Assembly: GCA_051362555.1 (NCBI GenBank)
Contig: CM120647.1
Span: 16,344,651-16,408,650 of the forward strand
Source: Lingula anatina
Taxonomy: Eukaryota; Animalia; Brachiopoda
Direction: 5' to 3'
Length of the DNA stretch: 64,000 bases
The position numbers and the translations under genes were made by a program. This document shows positions 24,898 to 36,722 of this stretch, piece after piece. Under the pieces are notes generated by a model that was not told where the DNA came from, ran no database searches, and saw only the letters and a program-made list of their open reading frames with translations. Position 1 is the stretch's first letter. Each line of letters opens with the position of its first letter.

Positions 24898-26286
24898 GAT
24901 TTACAAAAATCTTTTATTCCTATTTTTATTTTTTTATTTCATTCATTTTACTTATTTATTTTTAATAAGTGACGTTCTTGATGTGTGGGATTTATTTTTT
25001 TGGCTCTGAGAAATGGTGCCGTGCCGTACCGTTGAACAACTTAACTAGCTTCAAAACAGAAGCTTTGTAATATTTCATGCTAATTTGCTTTATGTAAAGC
25101 GTGGAATATAGAACACCATTGCCGATTACCACGTCCAAGTTCGCTTATCCAAGTTACAGTGGAAAGGGGGAGAGTAATCTAATGTGGTCTCGAAAAAGTC
25201 TGGGTCAAAATGGTTTTAATTGATTCATTGATTTCAAAATTAATTAATTTATTTATTATGCACCAGATTTTTACGACGGGAATTTTTTCAAGAGCACACA
25301 TAACTTGAAAGGACGCAATGGTAGCTATGTTTTCATGGCCAGACCTTCTGTGGAAATATTGAAATGTGCCATATTGGATTTAGATTAAAAAAAAAAAAAC
25401 ACACATATTGTTGCTTACAGTATAGCACGTTCAGCTCTGAATTTATTTTTGTGCTGCGAAAAACCATGGCTGAATCGAAGGAATGAGACTCGGACATGGA
25501 GGACTCCCATTGTTTCTACCCAAATAGAACATTCACAAACTGTGAACCACGAAAGCAAATGTGATGTGTGGCATTTTTCATTCACATGGACAAGTCATAT
25601 TTTTTACGAAAGTATGTGAATTATACCTATGAAATTGAACAGTGGAATAATATGGCCTCGCTTGCCGTCACCCAAAAAACTAAGGTAAACCTTAGGGTAA
25701 TATTTGACCATATTTCGAATTATAGGATTATGCTCTTATTTAGAGAAAATGCTCTTTAAATCTTCATTTTTTTAGTCGCCACGAGGACCCATACGTTTCA
25801 AAACAAAGAAGATGGCAAATACTTGAACTATCTCTGTCAAAAAATTAAGTCTACAGATCCTTTTCTTCTTAAAATAAGTGGTCAGATTTAACAACCTAAC
25901 AAAGAAATATTATTGACACATTTATTGACATTCGCTACGTTTTATCAACTTACTGAATTTCTAGTTATTCCATATATCACAAGTATATACTAGTGTTTCA
26001 GATATGAAGACAAGAATACAAAACATGCACCTGGTTATAATATCAATTAAAATAGTTAAAATAACATTATAGGAATTGTATAGCACGTTGCCCCAGGCTC
26101 TATTAATAAAACAAATATAAATCTGTCTATAACATTAATATGTGTATATATATTAATTTGTATTATCATCGTTACTTTTCAAAACCATCAATTTGACGTA
26201 CGTTTTCGGTCGCCCATTCAAAAAAGCGACATCCTAGTATGTCCTGTATTTCAGGTACGTCTTTATCACATTTGACTGGTCTCTAA

Positions 26287-26590
26287 GTGAGTCACTACCA
26301 TGGTTACTGTGCCTGTTACTATCACAACTATGTTATGAGTGACTATCACAACTACTGCAAGAGTCCTTTTTACGACTACCGTGAGACTGTCAGGAATTAT
26401 CATGACTACGTATACTACGCGAGTCACTATAATGACTTGTCTTTGTTGCAGTTCTCCAGGGAAAATTATTACGACTGCTTTGTGAGACATTACCATTGCT
26501 TTTGTGTGAGTCACTACTACATGTACGACTACCTCGCGAGTCACTATCACAACTAACTGTTTGAGCCATCATTACGACTCTCACTGTTTT
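26287..26590. repeat. Degenerate minisatellite (GAGTCACTAYCAYRACTAC-like, ~21-45 bp periodicity) in the inferred FAM167 3' UTR
   Basis: Recurring GAGTCACTA / ACGACTAC / CACAACTA words over ~300 bp. Confidence 0.7.
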
Positions 26591-27012
26591 ATGGATCAAC
26601 TTTTAAGACACTTTGCTACCATTAATTACCTTTCATATTTCTATACTCATATGTATCAATTAACTATTATAAAGAAGGAAAACAGAAACAAGTCAAATTA
26701 AATCAACCTCGTAGTTTGATTTAAAAAGAGTGGTTTACATTCTAGATGTCTCAAGGAAACTAGTTTGAAAAGAAATTTTTGAAACATGAATCCAGAAATT
26801 CTTACGATATGTGTCCAGCACATTTTATAATCTAAATGGAAGTTCAAGGGATGCGTACTTTTCGTAGTGATCAGCATTCCGCGTTTCTCTTCAAATATAT
26901 CACAAGTACTATTTTACAACGTGTCCAGATCATAATGGAGACCGGAAACAGAACATATGACGTCATCATATCTCCTAACTTATGTACGCCATCAACAATT
27001 TATTCACTGTCC

Positions 27013-27273
27013 TCAGCAACATGAAAATCGTCGCCTACTAAGGTTCATTCTAGTAACACCCACTTGACCTAGAGGGGTGTCGTTTATTCTGAGAAGTGGA
27101 AACTCGTACAGCGGAGAGGTTCTATCTTGGTCGCGGTCTTCCAGCTCCTCTCTGACGTCATCAAGGAGTTCTTGGTGCTCGTCACAGCTCTTGGCCAGCT
27201 TGAGATGACGTATATCGTGTTGTATGGTGATCAGCTTGCGGGCCAGCTCTTGGTCGAGATTTTTCATGTCCAT
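27013..27273 (-). CDS. FAM167: FAM167 (DUF3259) family protein, last exon
   Basis: ACTTCAG|MDMKNLDQELARKLITIQHDIRHLKLAKSCDEHQELLDD...PLGQVGVTRMNLSRRRFSCC* matches the FAM167A/B C-terminal signature (GVT.MN...RRFS.C). Confidence 0.9.
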   Translation of the reverse strand: MDMKNLDQELARKLITIQHDIRHLKLAKSCDEHQELLDDVREELEDRDQDRTSPLYEFPLLRINDTPLGQVGVTRMNLSRRRFSCC

Positions 27274-27590
27274 CTGAAGTAAAGAAACATGTTCGGAAAT
27301 CAGTGGTAAGTTAAAGCGCATCGTACAGGTGACAGGGTAGTTAGACAATATTTTTTGAGGATAGAAAAGATTTAATTAGCACAACAACAGGATGCATGCT
27401 TTTAAAAATGACATGCCAGTAAAATTGCCGTAAAAGTTATAAACAGTGTTAAGAAAATAAAATAATTTAATAGAATAATAATAGAATAATTTAATAGAAT
27501 AATAGAATAAATAAATACACATTTATACAAATTATTTGGTGTCAACACACTACAGACTGTAATATCTATGTTTTAGTACTTAAAACTCAC

Positions 27591-28051
27591 CAGCTCTTTC
27601 CTCAGCCACTCAATAGCCTTATCAATCTCTTCTCTGCGGTCCTTCTCATCCGTGATCCCTTCGTCCTGTAACGAGGAGGAATCCTTGCGCTGGCGCAGGT
27701 GCACGAGGAGAGGCTTCTCGATGTACTCCTCTCGCCACTCCTGATAGCTGGGCCGCCTGGTCTGCAGTCTCATTCTGGTTGTCATCATCTTTAACCTGTC
27801 AAGGTCGTTGTCCGCGTCCTTGTCGTAGCGGTTCAGGTTATAATTTTCTAAGGATATTGGCGATATTCTTGCCCCTGGTAAATTGGAACCGTTTCTACTA
27901 CTGTTACTAGCAATTTCAGAGTTGCCGAGGCTCTTGTCGCTTTCGTCGTCAGACTCGGCCTCTGGAGGTTCTACGACCAATTTCGGGATGGAATGGACGA
28001 CAGACCTGGTAAAGCTGCCAAGTCGAGACCGCTCAAAGTTCTCATTGACAT
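27591..28051 (-). CDS. FAM167: FAM167 family protein, penultimate exon
   Basis: Acceptor TCTTTTACAG| (phase 1); LDRLKMMTTRMRLQTRRPSYQEW and IDKAIEWLRKEL|GTGAGT are FAM167 hallmarks. Confidence 0.9.
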
Positions 28052-28332
28052 CTGTAAAAGAGGTGATATTATCTATTTGATGCTTTTGTGAGGAAATCAA
28101 ATGAGTGGCTGTTAATTTAGAAAAAAAATCGGCCATTGTAGAAAAAAACGCAGAGAAAATGTGTTGTCCAAGATGTTCTATTTTTTAATGATATCGATAT
28201 ATAAAATATTACGGTTTAGGAAAATTTGACAATTTTAACCCATTGTTTAATTTACAACAGAGGTTTCGTTTTTGAAGAAAAAAGATATGCAAAAAAATAC
28301 GAGTCAATATATTTCAGAAGGCTGCAATTTAC

Positions 28333-31300
28333 CTAAACTGTGATTACTGCCGTTTAAAGATTCGCAGGAACTCGCACTGTGAAGGGATTCCGTGGAACTT
28401 CTCAAACTTCCCGACCGAAGCTTGGATCGGATCGTCTTGGAAGCTGAACGTCGTGGAGTGCTACTGCACAGTGACGTCATTGATGAATACTGCTCCAGAT
28501 TCCCAATCGAGGATCTGCGAGAGTGAGTACTCGTCAGAGAACTCATGGAGGTGTACTGATCTAAATTCCCGTGCTTCATCTCAAAGTCCGTAATAGCCTT
28601 GGTCCAAAATTCACTTGGGGCGAATCCGGGCGACATCAGCGGGCTCGGCATCCTGTTTTCCTCAATCTCATCCTCATTATTATCCTCGTTGTCCTCATCC
28701 GAATTGAAATCATCGTCGAACCGACTCCGCTTCGGCTCTTCATCGTCCGAGCTCCAGATGTCAGGGACGTCTATAGTTAAGCCGCTGAAGTTCTTATTGC
28801 GTCTCAGGTTCTTATTGTTACCACCCACGCACTCCCCGCTTTGATAGAGGGCGCTGCTGCTGTTGACACTGTCGGTCTCGGACAGGTTACTAACGGACCC
28901 GCTCTCGGAGTTGCAATCCAGTTCAAGAGACGCAGCGTCGAACGCCTCTTCTGTGATGTTGAAGGAGGTGACCGGTTCGTACTCACTACACGCAGATCCT
29001 CTGCTGTTGCTTCTGGAACGTACCGAGAGATTGAAGCCGATGAACTCATCGGGGTCTGGTACGGAGAGGAACGATAAGTGAGGGGCCGGCTTGGGGGGAT
29101 TCAACCGTCCACTCTCCAACAAGATTTGTTTAACCCGTAGTAATGGGTCTGTTGTGTCCAAGTCATCACCTTCAGGCGCCTCAGTTTTACTTTCTTTTAC
29201 CGGGGGCAAATGTGCCGTTTTGTTTATGATGCCGTCTATTTTCACGGTGAAGTCATTGCTGCTGTTTATCAGTTTGCTTTCAGATTTATTGTCAGTGCTA
29301 GCGCCCACGTAAGTTACTTTATATTGTTGAGTATTTTTATGTGAGGTGTTGACTTCTATTGAGGATCGATTTTCGTGACGAATACTTTCAGTTTCACGTT
29401 TTAAGGAACCAGAAAATAAAGAGGAGTCACTCAAATGAGTACTCAAATGAGTACTCTTAATCTCTGACACTTTAGAATCGTCCTCAAAGGACGCGACGTC
29501 ACGACTCACAAATTGAGAAGCAGTGATTGTTTCATGAGAGGAACAAGTGAATTCCGCCGACCCTTCGACCCGTCCTAAATCATACAAACAAGTATCATCC
29601 GTAGCTTTTGCTATGATCCCTGAGATAGAACTACTAAGAAGGCTTATTCTCTGGTCCATTTCACTTTCGCTTTCGATTTCCTCCACTACTGCATCGTTAT
29701 CGTCTAATGTTGTCTCCTCTGAATGATCTAATGCGAGGGTCGTTTCCTTTGAACCGAGTTTCTCAGATGTCTCACCATTTGTAGATTCAAGGTTTTCTAC
29801 GACGGGGGACGAAAGTGACTTTCCCTGCATTTCCTTACTGTGCATTGACTTTGTTAAGTCTATTTCATCGAGGTTATTGTTAAAAGTATTTTCAGCGCCG
29901 GGAGAGCATTTCTCAGACTGCTCTACCGCATTGTGCATTGCCGTAGGAAGAGTCAACGTAAACCCGCCTTCCGGGTTCTTATGAAAGTTCACATTCTCAC
30001 TAACAGCCAGATTTTTCCCATTGGAGGTATATATGCTCTGCACGCCCTTCTCGGGGTCAACAACAATTTTGAACGAGTCTTTCTTCAGCGTTCCTTCTTG
30101 GACCGGTAGTATAATGTGTTGCCTGGGACGCGTGTCTAAGGCCTTGGTCGGTGGCTTTGACCCAGATGTATCAATTTCCTCAGCTTTCACAGCCACAGCC
30201 GCCATTTTCTTTTCAACTGGAACGGTAGGTACAATAAGAGCATCAGGTGTATTATCGGTCGGACACGACTCGCTGGAGCTTCCTTTTATGGGTATGACAA
30301 TTGAAGCAATGTTACGTGTCATTTGAGAGCTCGAGGTAGCGTGCGCGGCAGCGTCACCGTAGGCGTTTTCCTTAACTGTACCAGCGGTTTCAGCGTCTTT
30401 TGCTGGTTTAACCGAACTATCGCCATTGGCGCCAACGACAATGGTGTACTGCCCGCTCTCCCAGGAGGGGATTACTATATGTTGTCCGGGTGTACATACA
30501 AAAGTTGCATTGTCACTTGCGTTACTCTTCCCGGGCTGATTTGATTCTGCGTGTGTATTGGCATTGCTATTTGCACTGACTGTTATTTTGGGGTTATTGG
30601 CTACCCCAGATTGAAGAACATGGGAGCCAGGCATTTGTGTATCACAGTTAGTGTTGGCGGACCTGCTGTTAACATTTGAGCAGGGATCGGACGCCGTTGA
30701 GCTTTTTGCAGATGATGGCGCAGACGACGACGACGACACAGCTATTTTGCTGTTCTCTGCAGTTTGAATTCTTGTGGGCCTTACAGTGGCCGTAGGTTTT
30801 GATGGTCGACTTGACGTAGATCGCGAGGCAGACGCACGAGACGGTGACGTCGACTTAGGGGAGACAGTCTTACGTGTAGGTGACGTTGATTTTGTAGAGG
30901 TAGCTTTTGGAGTGGACCCCCGCCTTGGCGTAGAAGGCCGTGCAGCTTGCGTCAGAGTGGTCGAAGATCCCGTTGATAACCGACGCCCCGTAGACATGCC
31001 AGAAACAGACGGAGATGACCGACCATTAGCTATAGTGGATTTGGCACCACTTTGCTTTTGTCCAGTTATTTTTGCATGCAAATTGTGCGACATTTTTTGC
31101 GTCGACTCGGTAGTTTGGGCTCCAACCCTCAGAACAGCCGGGGAGCTGTTTTGTCGACGGGGAAGAGGTTTAGAGTTTGCCCGCCCAGCTACTGAAGCAG
31201 TGCTAGTAGTGGACCCCTTCCTGTGCTGTTTCGTCTGCCCAGGGGTCTGAGATCCCGCGAGGCTTGGAGTTCGCTTCGGTGCGTTTGTCGACGGCGCCGA

Positions 31301-31618
31301 TGTATTTGACTTTTGCTGTAAAGAGGTGCCGCTGTAGCATCTCATCATGTTTCTCGGATTTGATGGTCGTCTGCTTGTTGATGTTTTGGTAGATCCGCCA
31401 TTTGGAAGAGGAATCTTAGGTCCCTTTGATATTGACTTTAACTCTTTACAGAAGTTGTCCGCCATTTTTGAAAATTCTTCCGTATTTAGCTCTCTGTCTG
31501 TGGTTGTCTCGCGTTGAGCGTGCTCTGTTGCGTCGGTGAGTTCTCCCGGATTGGGTTTATCTTGGGAATCACTGGGTGACGTCACTTCCTCCATGACTGT
31601 GACTTTCGTGTGTGGCAT
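28333..31618 (-). CDS. FAM167: FAM167 family protein, giant N-terminal exon (~1095 aa, S/T-rich, disordered)
   Basis: 1104-codon ORF; donor TTAG|GTAAAT (phase 1) joins the next exon in frame (G+AT=Asp); acceptor TTTTTATTATATTGCAG| at 31641 with an in-frame TGA before the ATG; total 4008 nt = 1335 aa. Confidence 0.8.
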
Positions 31619-32196
31619 TGGTGCCAGTCAGCGAAGGTGACTGCAATATAATAAAAACAACTTTTATAATAATCAAATTAAATTTTCTTTAAAATAAGCA
31701 CTTTTTTTTAGAAATTATGAATACGTTGCAAGTGTGTACATTAGACCACGTGAGTGAAGGCAGTGGCTGAAATCTGAGTGTCCAAATAAAAACCAGCAAA
31801 TAGAAATTGCGGCTTTTGAAAACACTATGTGAGGTTTCAAACGTATATCTTTGATTGAAACCAAGAAGATAAACGTGCATATTCATTTTCTTTTTGATAC
31901 ATATTGTAAGAATAACATAATTTGACACGTCCAAGCATTCTGCATAGCCGTTACCAATCAACCAACCAACCAACCAACAAATTAATTAATAAGCAAGCCA
32001 CTGGTCCTTTTCGCCGTTTATTCATTTTAACGTTTTCATTCGGTCTACTTTATATTTCTTTCATGCTGCACATTAAATGTCAAAGAGATGAGTAGAATAT
32101 TGAAAAGCATCGCCTTTAAAGATCTTACTATTAATCTAGCATTAAATGCCTTTAATGAACTGAACGTTGTGCATTATTCTCCGTTGAAGCCAACCC

Positions 32197-32236
<40 letters not shown>

Positions 32237-34430
32237 ACCAGATTTCATGCTGTAAGTAAGACACCGAGCATGCCACCTTTCCATCTTTCCCCTGTGCGCC
32301 AAACGATCATTTATCTGTCGTTTAAAATACAATGAGATGATCCCTACCGCTTAACCTTCTGATCCTGGGAGGAATCTGGCTCCTAGTCACAGCCAAGCCA
32401 TTGTGAAAAGAACACAATGTATTTTGTTTTTATACGAGAAAACAGCCATTAATTGTAACAGGAATTGGAGTCAAAGAGCCGCGACCTCTGATTGGTTCGG
32501 AGCGTGCACGCGCCGATTGGCGGTTTTGGAATGGAAAATGAAACTGGTTCGATATTGTTTTGACAAGGCAATTTGCAAATACCCAACACCATTTGTCATG
32601 CCGCAAATTATTTCCTCTTAGATTAAGTCCGGAAGCGTCCAGATAAGCTCCCAGGTGCCAGTTTATTTTTCTGTATGTCCCTTTGTTTTAAAACTATATA
32701 TAGAAGATAACGAACTGCTTTGAGAGAGGTTAATCGAACTTTGATCGAAGAAGAGTGACTCATCTATAATTGTATCGCTTTTTTCCGAAAATTAAAAAAA
32801 TATGGCAGGGCATAGCTGATTCGAGCAAATATGCAAGGACTATTCTATAAAGTATTTTGAAGGCTAACAAGTCACTTAAATTCCCTTTGTTCAAATAGGA
32901 GATGGTCGTTCACCCAAAAACAGATAACATTTAACAAAACTTTGGGAATGCCCGGCTATTTAACGGGATGTGCTGGTTTTATGTCGATAGCACGATGTAA
33001 CTGTATCATGACTTCGGCAGCTGAAAATATCTATATCTATAAACTGTGCCAGATATGGACTTCATACAGATTTTCGAAGCAGCAAATATACAGCGTGAAT
33101 CCTGGCGTCATAACGGATTTTTACTTTTTCTACTGAACAACACTCTAGCAAGTTCTTCCGAATTTATGGGCACTAACGCAAGTGCACATGGGTGCATTTG
33201 TTGCGCATATGCGTACATGCACATACACAGGCGCACACGCACAGGAGAGAGAGAGAGAGAGAGAAAGAGAGAAAGAGAGAGAGAGACTTAACATTGTCCT
33301 CAGTTATAATGTACAATACCATTAAATCTATGCATATTATATTGGCTGCAGTGCACGGACACACGCGTAGTTATAGTGCATATACAAGCACTGGATGCCC
33401 TCTCTCTGCAGGGTCACATAACATAAAGCACAAAACAATACACCTGGCCCACACTATCATTAAGCAAGACTTGATCCCATTTTGATACACGGATGACGTG
33501 TGTTTTAACACTGTTCTTATTCACATTGATGGCTCAATTCTGCAGTGATTGTTTCTACGAGTAACGATGCGTCCCTCTCACGCGAGGCCGTGATCAGGCG
33601 TCGTGGTTGATATGGGTGTTAAAAAACCACAACGGGGTCCAAATTAACCCCTATTAGTCCCCTATCTTGCCCTGTGTGGTTGGGCAGTCATGGGAACCGC
33701 ACCGGATCCCTCTACTTTCGCTGGATATAATGCCTTGCTTATTTTCGAAAAAAAAAATAATCACGCGTGAATCCAGGTGATTTCTAGCATAATTTTGAAT
33801 TCCATTCAGTCAAAATTTAAATCATGGCAACCAGGGCACTTCGTTACGATAAAGAAATCATTACGAAAAATGCCCCCCCCCCCCCCCCCAACAGCCCCCC
33901 CTTTCCGGGATTATCCAATAAAACACATTCGATTCAGGACGGTCCATTCAGAGATATAGTTGCATTGGAGGAAAAATTATCATTAAAATACTATTCGAAA
34001 GGTCGTTAATTTTTATCACCAATTCTCCTGTCACGACAAAATTATAAAACAACTACGTACCTTTCCCTAGGAGTTGGCGATAAGGGAGATAAAAGGCGTA
34101 GGGATAAAGAACGCGTTGTTACCTGTGGTTCTGGCAGTATTGCACTAAATGGGTACGGGATCGTCAGGAGAAAAGGGAAACTCACAATTAAATAAGGAAA
34201 ACGATAAGTGAACTGGCTTTAGGACCTTATTACCCAACTAACTAAAAGGGTTTCGATTTGCAAAATGTTAGAAAATTAAAATTTACATGAATATCAATTC
34301 TATGACCTATAGAGTTAATTGGCTGCGGCATACTTAATAAATATAAAAGGCAATGTCGTTAAAGGCATTAGAAAGATTTTTAATTTTAAGTAGAGTTTGG
34401 TGAAGGGTAAATATCTAGATTCATATCTTG

Positions 34431-34679
34431 GGGCTCATTCCCAATGACACTATCGTTCTACGTTGATCGATCATACATCCCAAGGACTCTCGCTGAGTGC
34501 AATCAAATTAACATGTCTCTTTGTTTCTGAAATACTCGTATAATCAATCACCAGCTTTTCTGTATTCTATTCAACGCTAGGAGGAGGCGTGTTAATCTGT
34601 TTATGTGATTGCATTCAGCGAGAGTCCTCTCGGAGTTGGATCGATCTAAGTAGAACGAAATTTTTATTGGAAACGGCCC
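34431..34679. mobile_element. Fold-back MITE, family A, best-preserved copy
   Basis: GGGCTCATTCCCAATGA..TCGTTCTAC.T.GATCGATC..GGACTCTCGCTGA.TGCAATCA is mirrored by TGATTGCATTCAGCGAGAGTCC..GATCGATCTAAGTAGAACGA..ATTGGAAACGGCCC; no ORF. Confidence 0.8.
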
Positions 34680-35900
34680 TTTAATGAGATATCAAAAGAA
34701 GTTCTTCTGCTGTTTCGAAGATTAAAGTTTTTGAAAGAGAGGAACATAGATATAAGAGGTGCTTTATATTTGTACAGCTTTAAATAAAAAAAGAAAGAAA
34801 CGACTGAAGTGCTGTCTGTCAGGCTGGTAGTCAATTTTGCTACCGGTGCATTGAGGTTTTGGAGCTCGTCAAACGCATTCGCCTTAATGTTTGTACTAAC
34901 GGGTTATAAAACACTGGATTGAAACTTCTGTCGGTGTCAACTAAGGACAACCATTACCTCATAAAATTTAAATTAAATGCTGCCTTTATCTCAATTTAGC
35001 TAATGTAATTCACCATTATCATCCTCATGAACATCGGGAAATCGTAACATCTAATTAAGAACCCCCCCATTTCATTCAACAAAGGTGTCTCTCACTGACG
35101 CTGATTTCTTTTTAATTGTCTAATGTGTGTAATGTGATCCATATGGCAGTTCTGGTGTGTAATGTTCTCCAAATAATCTGACAATTACGCGTTTGGCATT
35201 TAACTGTGGGCGTTTCCTTTGAACTTAACGGCACTGTAATATGACGAGTTGACAGATTGACAGCGCACGGGAGATGAGGAGATGACGTCACATGATATGA
35301 CGGTGTCCTCTCAAATAATAATAACTTATGGCCTCCAAGTTTGGCTTAAATCTTATTAGCCTTTCCAAACATGCTTGATCATTAAAATGACCCACCACTA
35401 CGTATCTATTGTGCATAAAATCTTAAAAGCGAAAATAAGTTTGAAGGTTCAACGTGACGTCACAGAGTGATATCACTTGGTCGCAAGCCCAGCAGAATCT
35501 ACTTCAGGATCAGCTGTTTTATACACGTTAAGCTATGAATCCCGATCAATTTATGTCCGTATGGATTTAACAATTAAATAACGGGTTTTTATAATGGTAT
35601 ATCCTGTGCTAGAAAAAAAGGTAGCACTTGCACATGTAGAAATGTTTCATTATTCATTGTCTATCAATAAGTGAAATAGCAATACTGATATATACCGCAT
35701 ATCGAGCTAAGCGACATACCAGGCAGAACCAGGAAAATGCATGCACGTGTTAGAAATACAGTCACTTCATAACGCCCAAAACTGCATCAACTAGAAATTC
35801 TGGGATAACATTTCTTGAAGCAAATAAAAAGGAATGTAAAATCAGATCCGAGTAATTAATCTCTCTACAAATTAACAAGAGAAATACCGTCCAATCTTAC

Positions 35901-36500
35901 CTTATCGCCACTCCCTTGCAAAAATTATCTAAGAAAATTCAGACTGGTTGAGTAGAAATCTACGACAATGGAGCAAACTCATTCAGCAAACGAGATCCCA
36001 TATTTAGCCACCATTTTGATTAGAAAATTGTAGCCACGACAATGTTGGAAGATATTTTCAGTTAGTCTTGACACTGCTCGTTTAGCAGTGATCCAAACGT
36101 TTCTCGACAAAGATGCAACTTATATATTGTCCTTGTAAGGAACAAACCCACTTTTGCCTTCAGGTAACGATCTAATCACAAAGAAAAAGCCTTCCTTGGT
36201 TGAAGCTTGGTACAACAACTTTCAAAGGCAGTGTCCCTTCAGATGTCTCCCCTTTGAATAAGACTTTGACCATGTCACTAGTGTATATGTAGTAGGACCG
36301 TCTTGCATTCAAATAATATGACATCGTTAGAGTTCACGAAAATTGGCCTAAATAAGGGTCACTTCATGTCCAGTGCCCACTGACTGACCCCGGTGAACTA
36401 CCGAGTGATCTAACTAACGATATCCACCTCATGGTGGCCGAGCTGTTAACGACATTTGGAGATGGGAGATAACAGAAGACAGCTCTGGTTATGAAATGCC
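35901..36500 (-). other. Candidate non-coding (alternative first) exon of the FAM167 gene; 5' boundary uncertain
   Basis: Strong minus-strand donor AAG|GTAAGA at 35900; (CT/GA)n tract just upstream; no long ORF into the donor. Confidence 0.35.
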
Positions 36501-36524
36501 AGGTGGACATTTCCTGTGACAAGA

Positions 36525-36580
36525 TGAGAGAGAGAGAGAGAGAAAGAAAGAGGGAGGGGGTTTTGATACATGGGGATATT

Positions 36581-36630
<50 letters not shown>

Positions 36631-36722
36631 GAGAGAATAAGGGAGAAGGAGAGAGAAAGAAAGAATTTCGAAAGAGAGGGGTATGGAGAGGGATACCAAA
36701 GAGAGAGATAGAGAGAGAGAGG
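36525..36722. repeat. Compound (GA)n microsatellite
   Basis: Direct inspection; similar tracts at 23147-23260, 33246-33286, 38649-38716, 44935-44975 and 58405-58474. Confidence 0.9.

Noticed and set aside
28052-28136. ORF-track N-terminus MADFFSKL... of the 187-aa ORF
   Set aside because: Better explained as intron read-through upstream of the acceptor at 28052, although an internal start cannot be fully excluded
28571-31250. Several plus-strand ORFs up to 158 aa
   Set aside because: Antisense shadows of the FAM167 giant exon with no recognisable motifs
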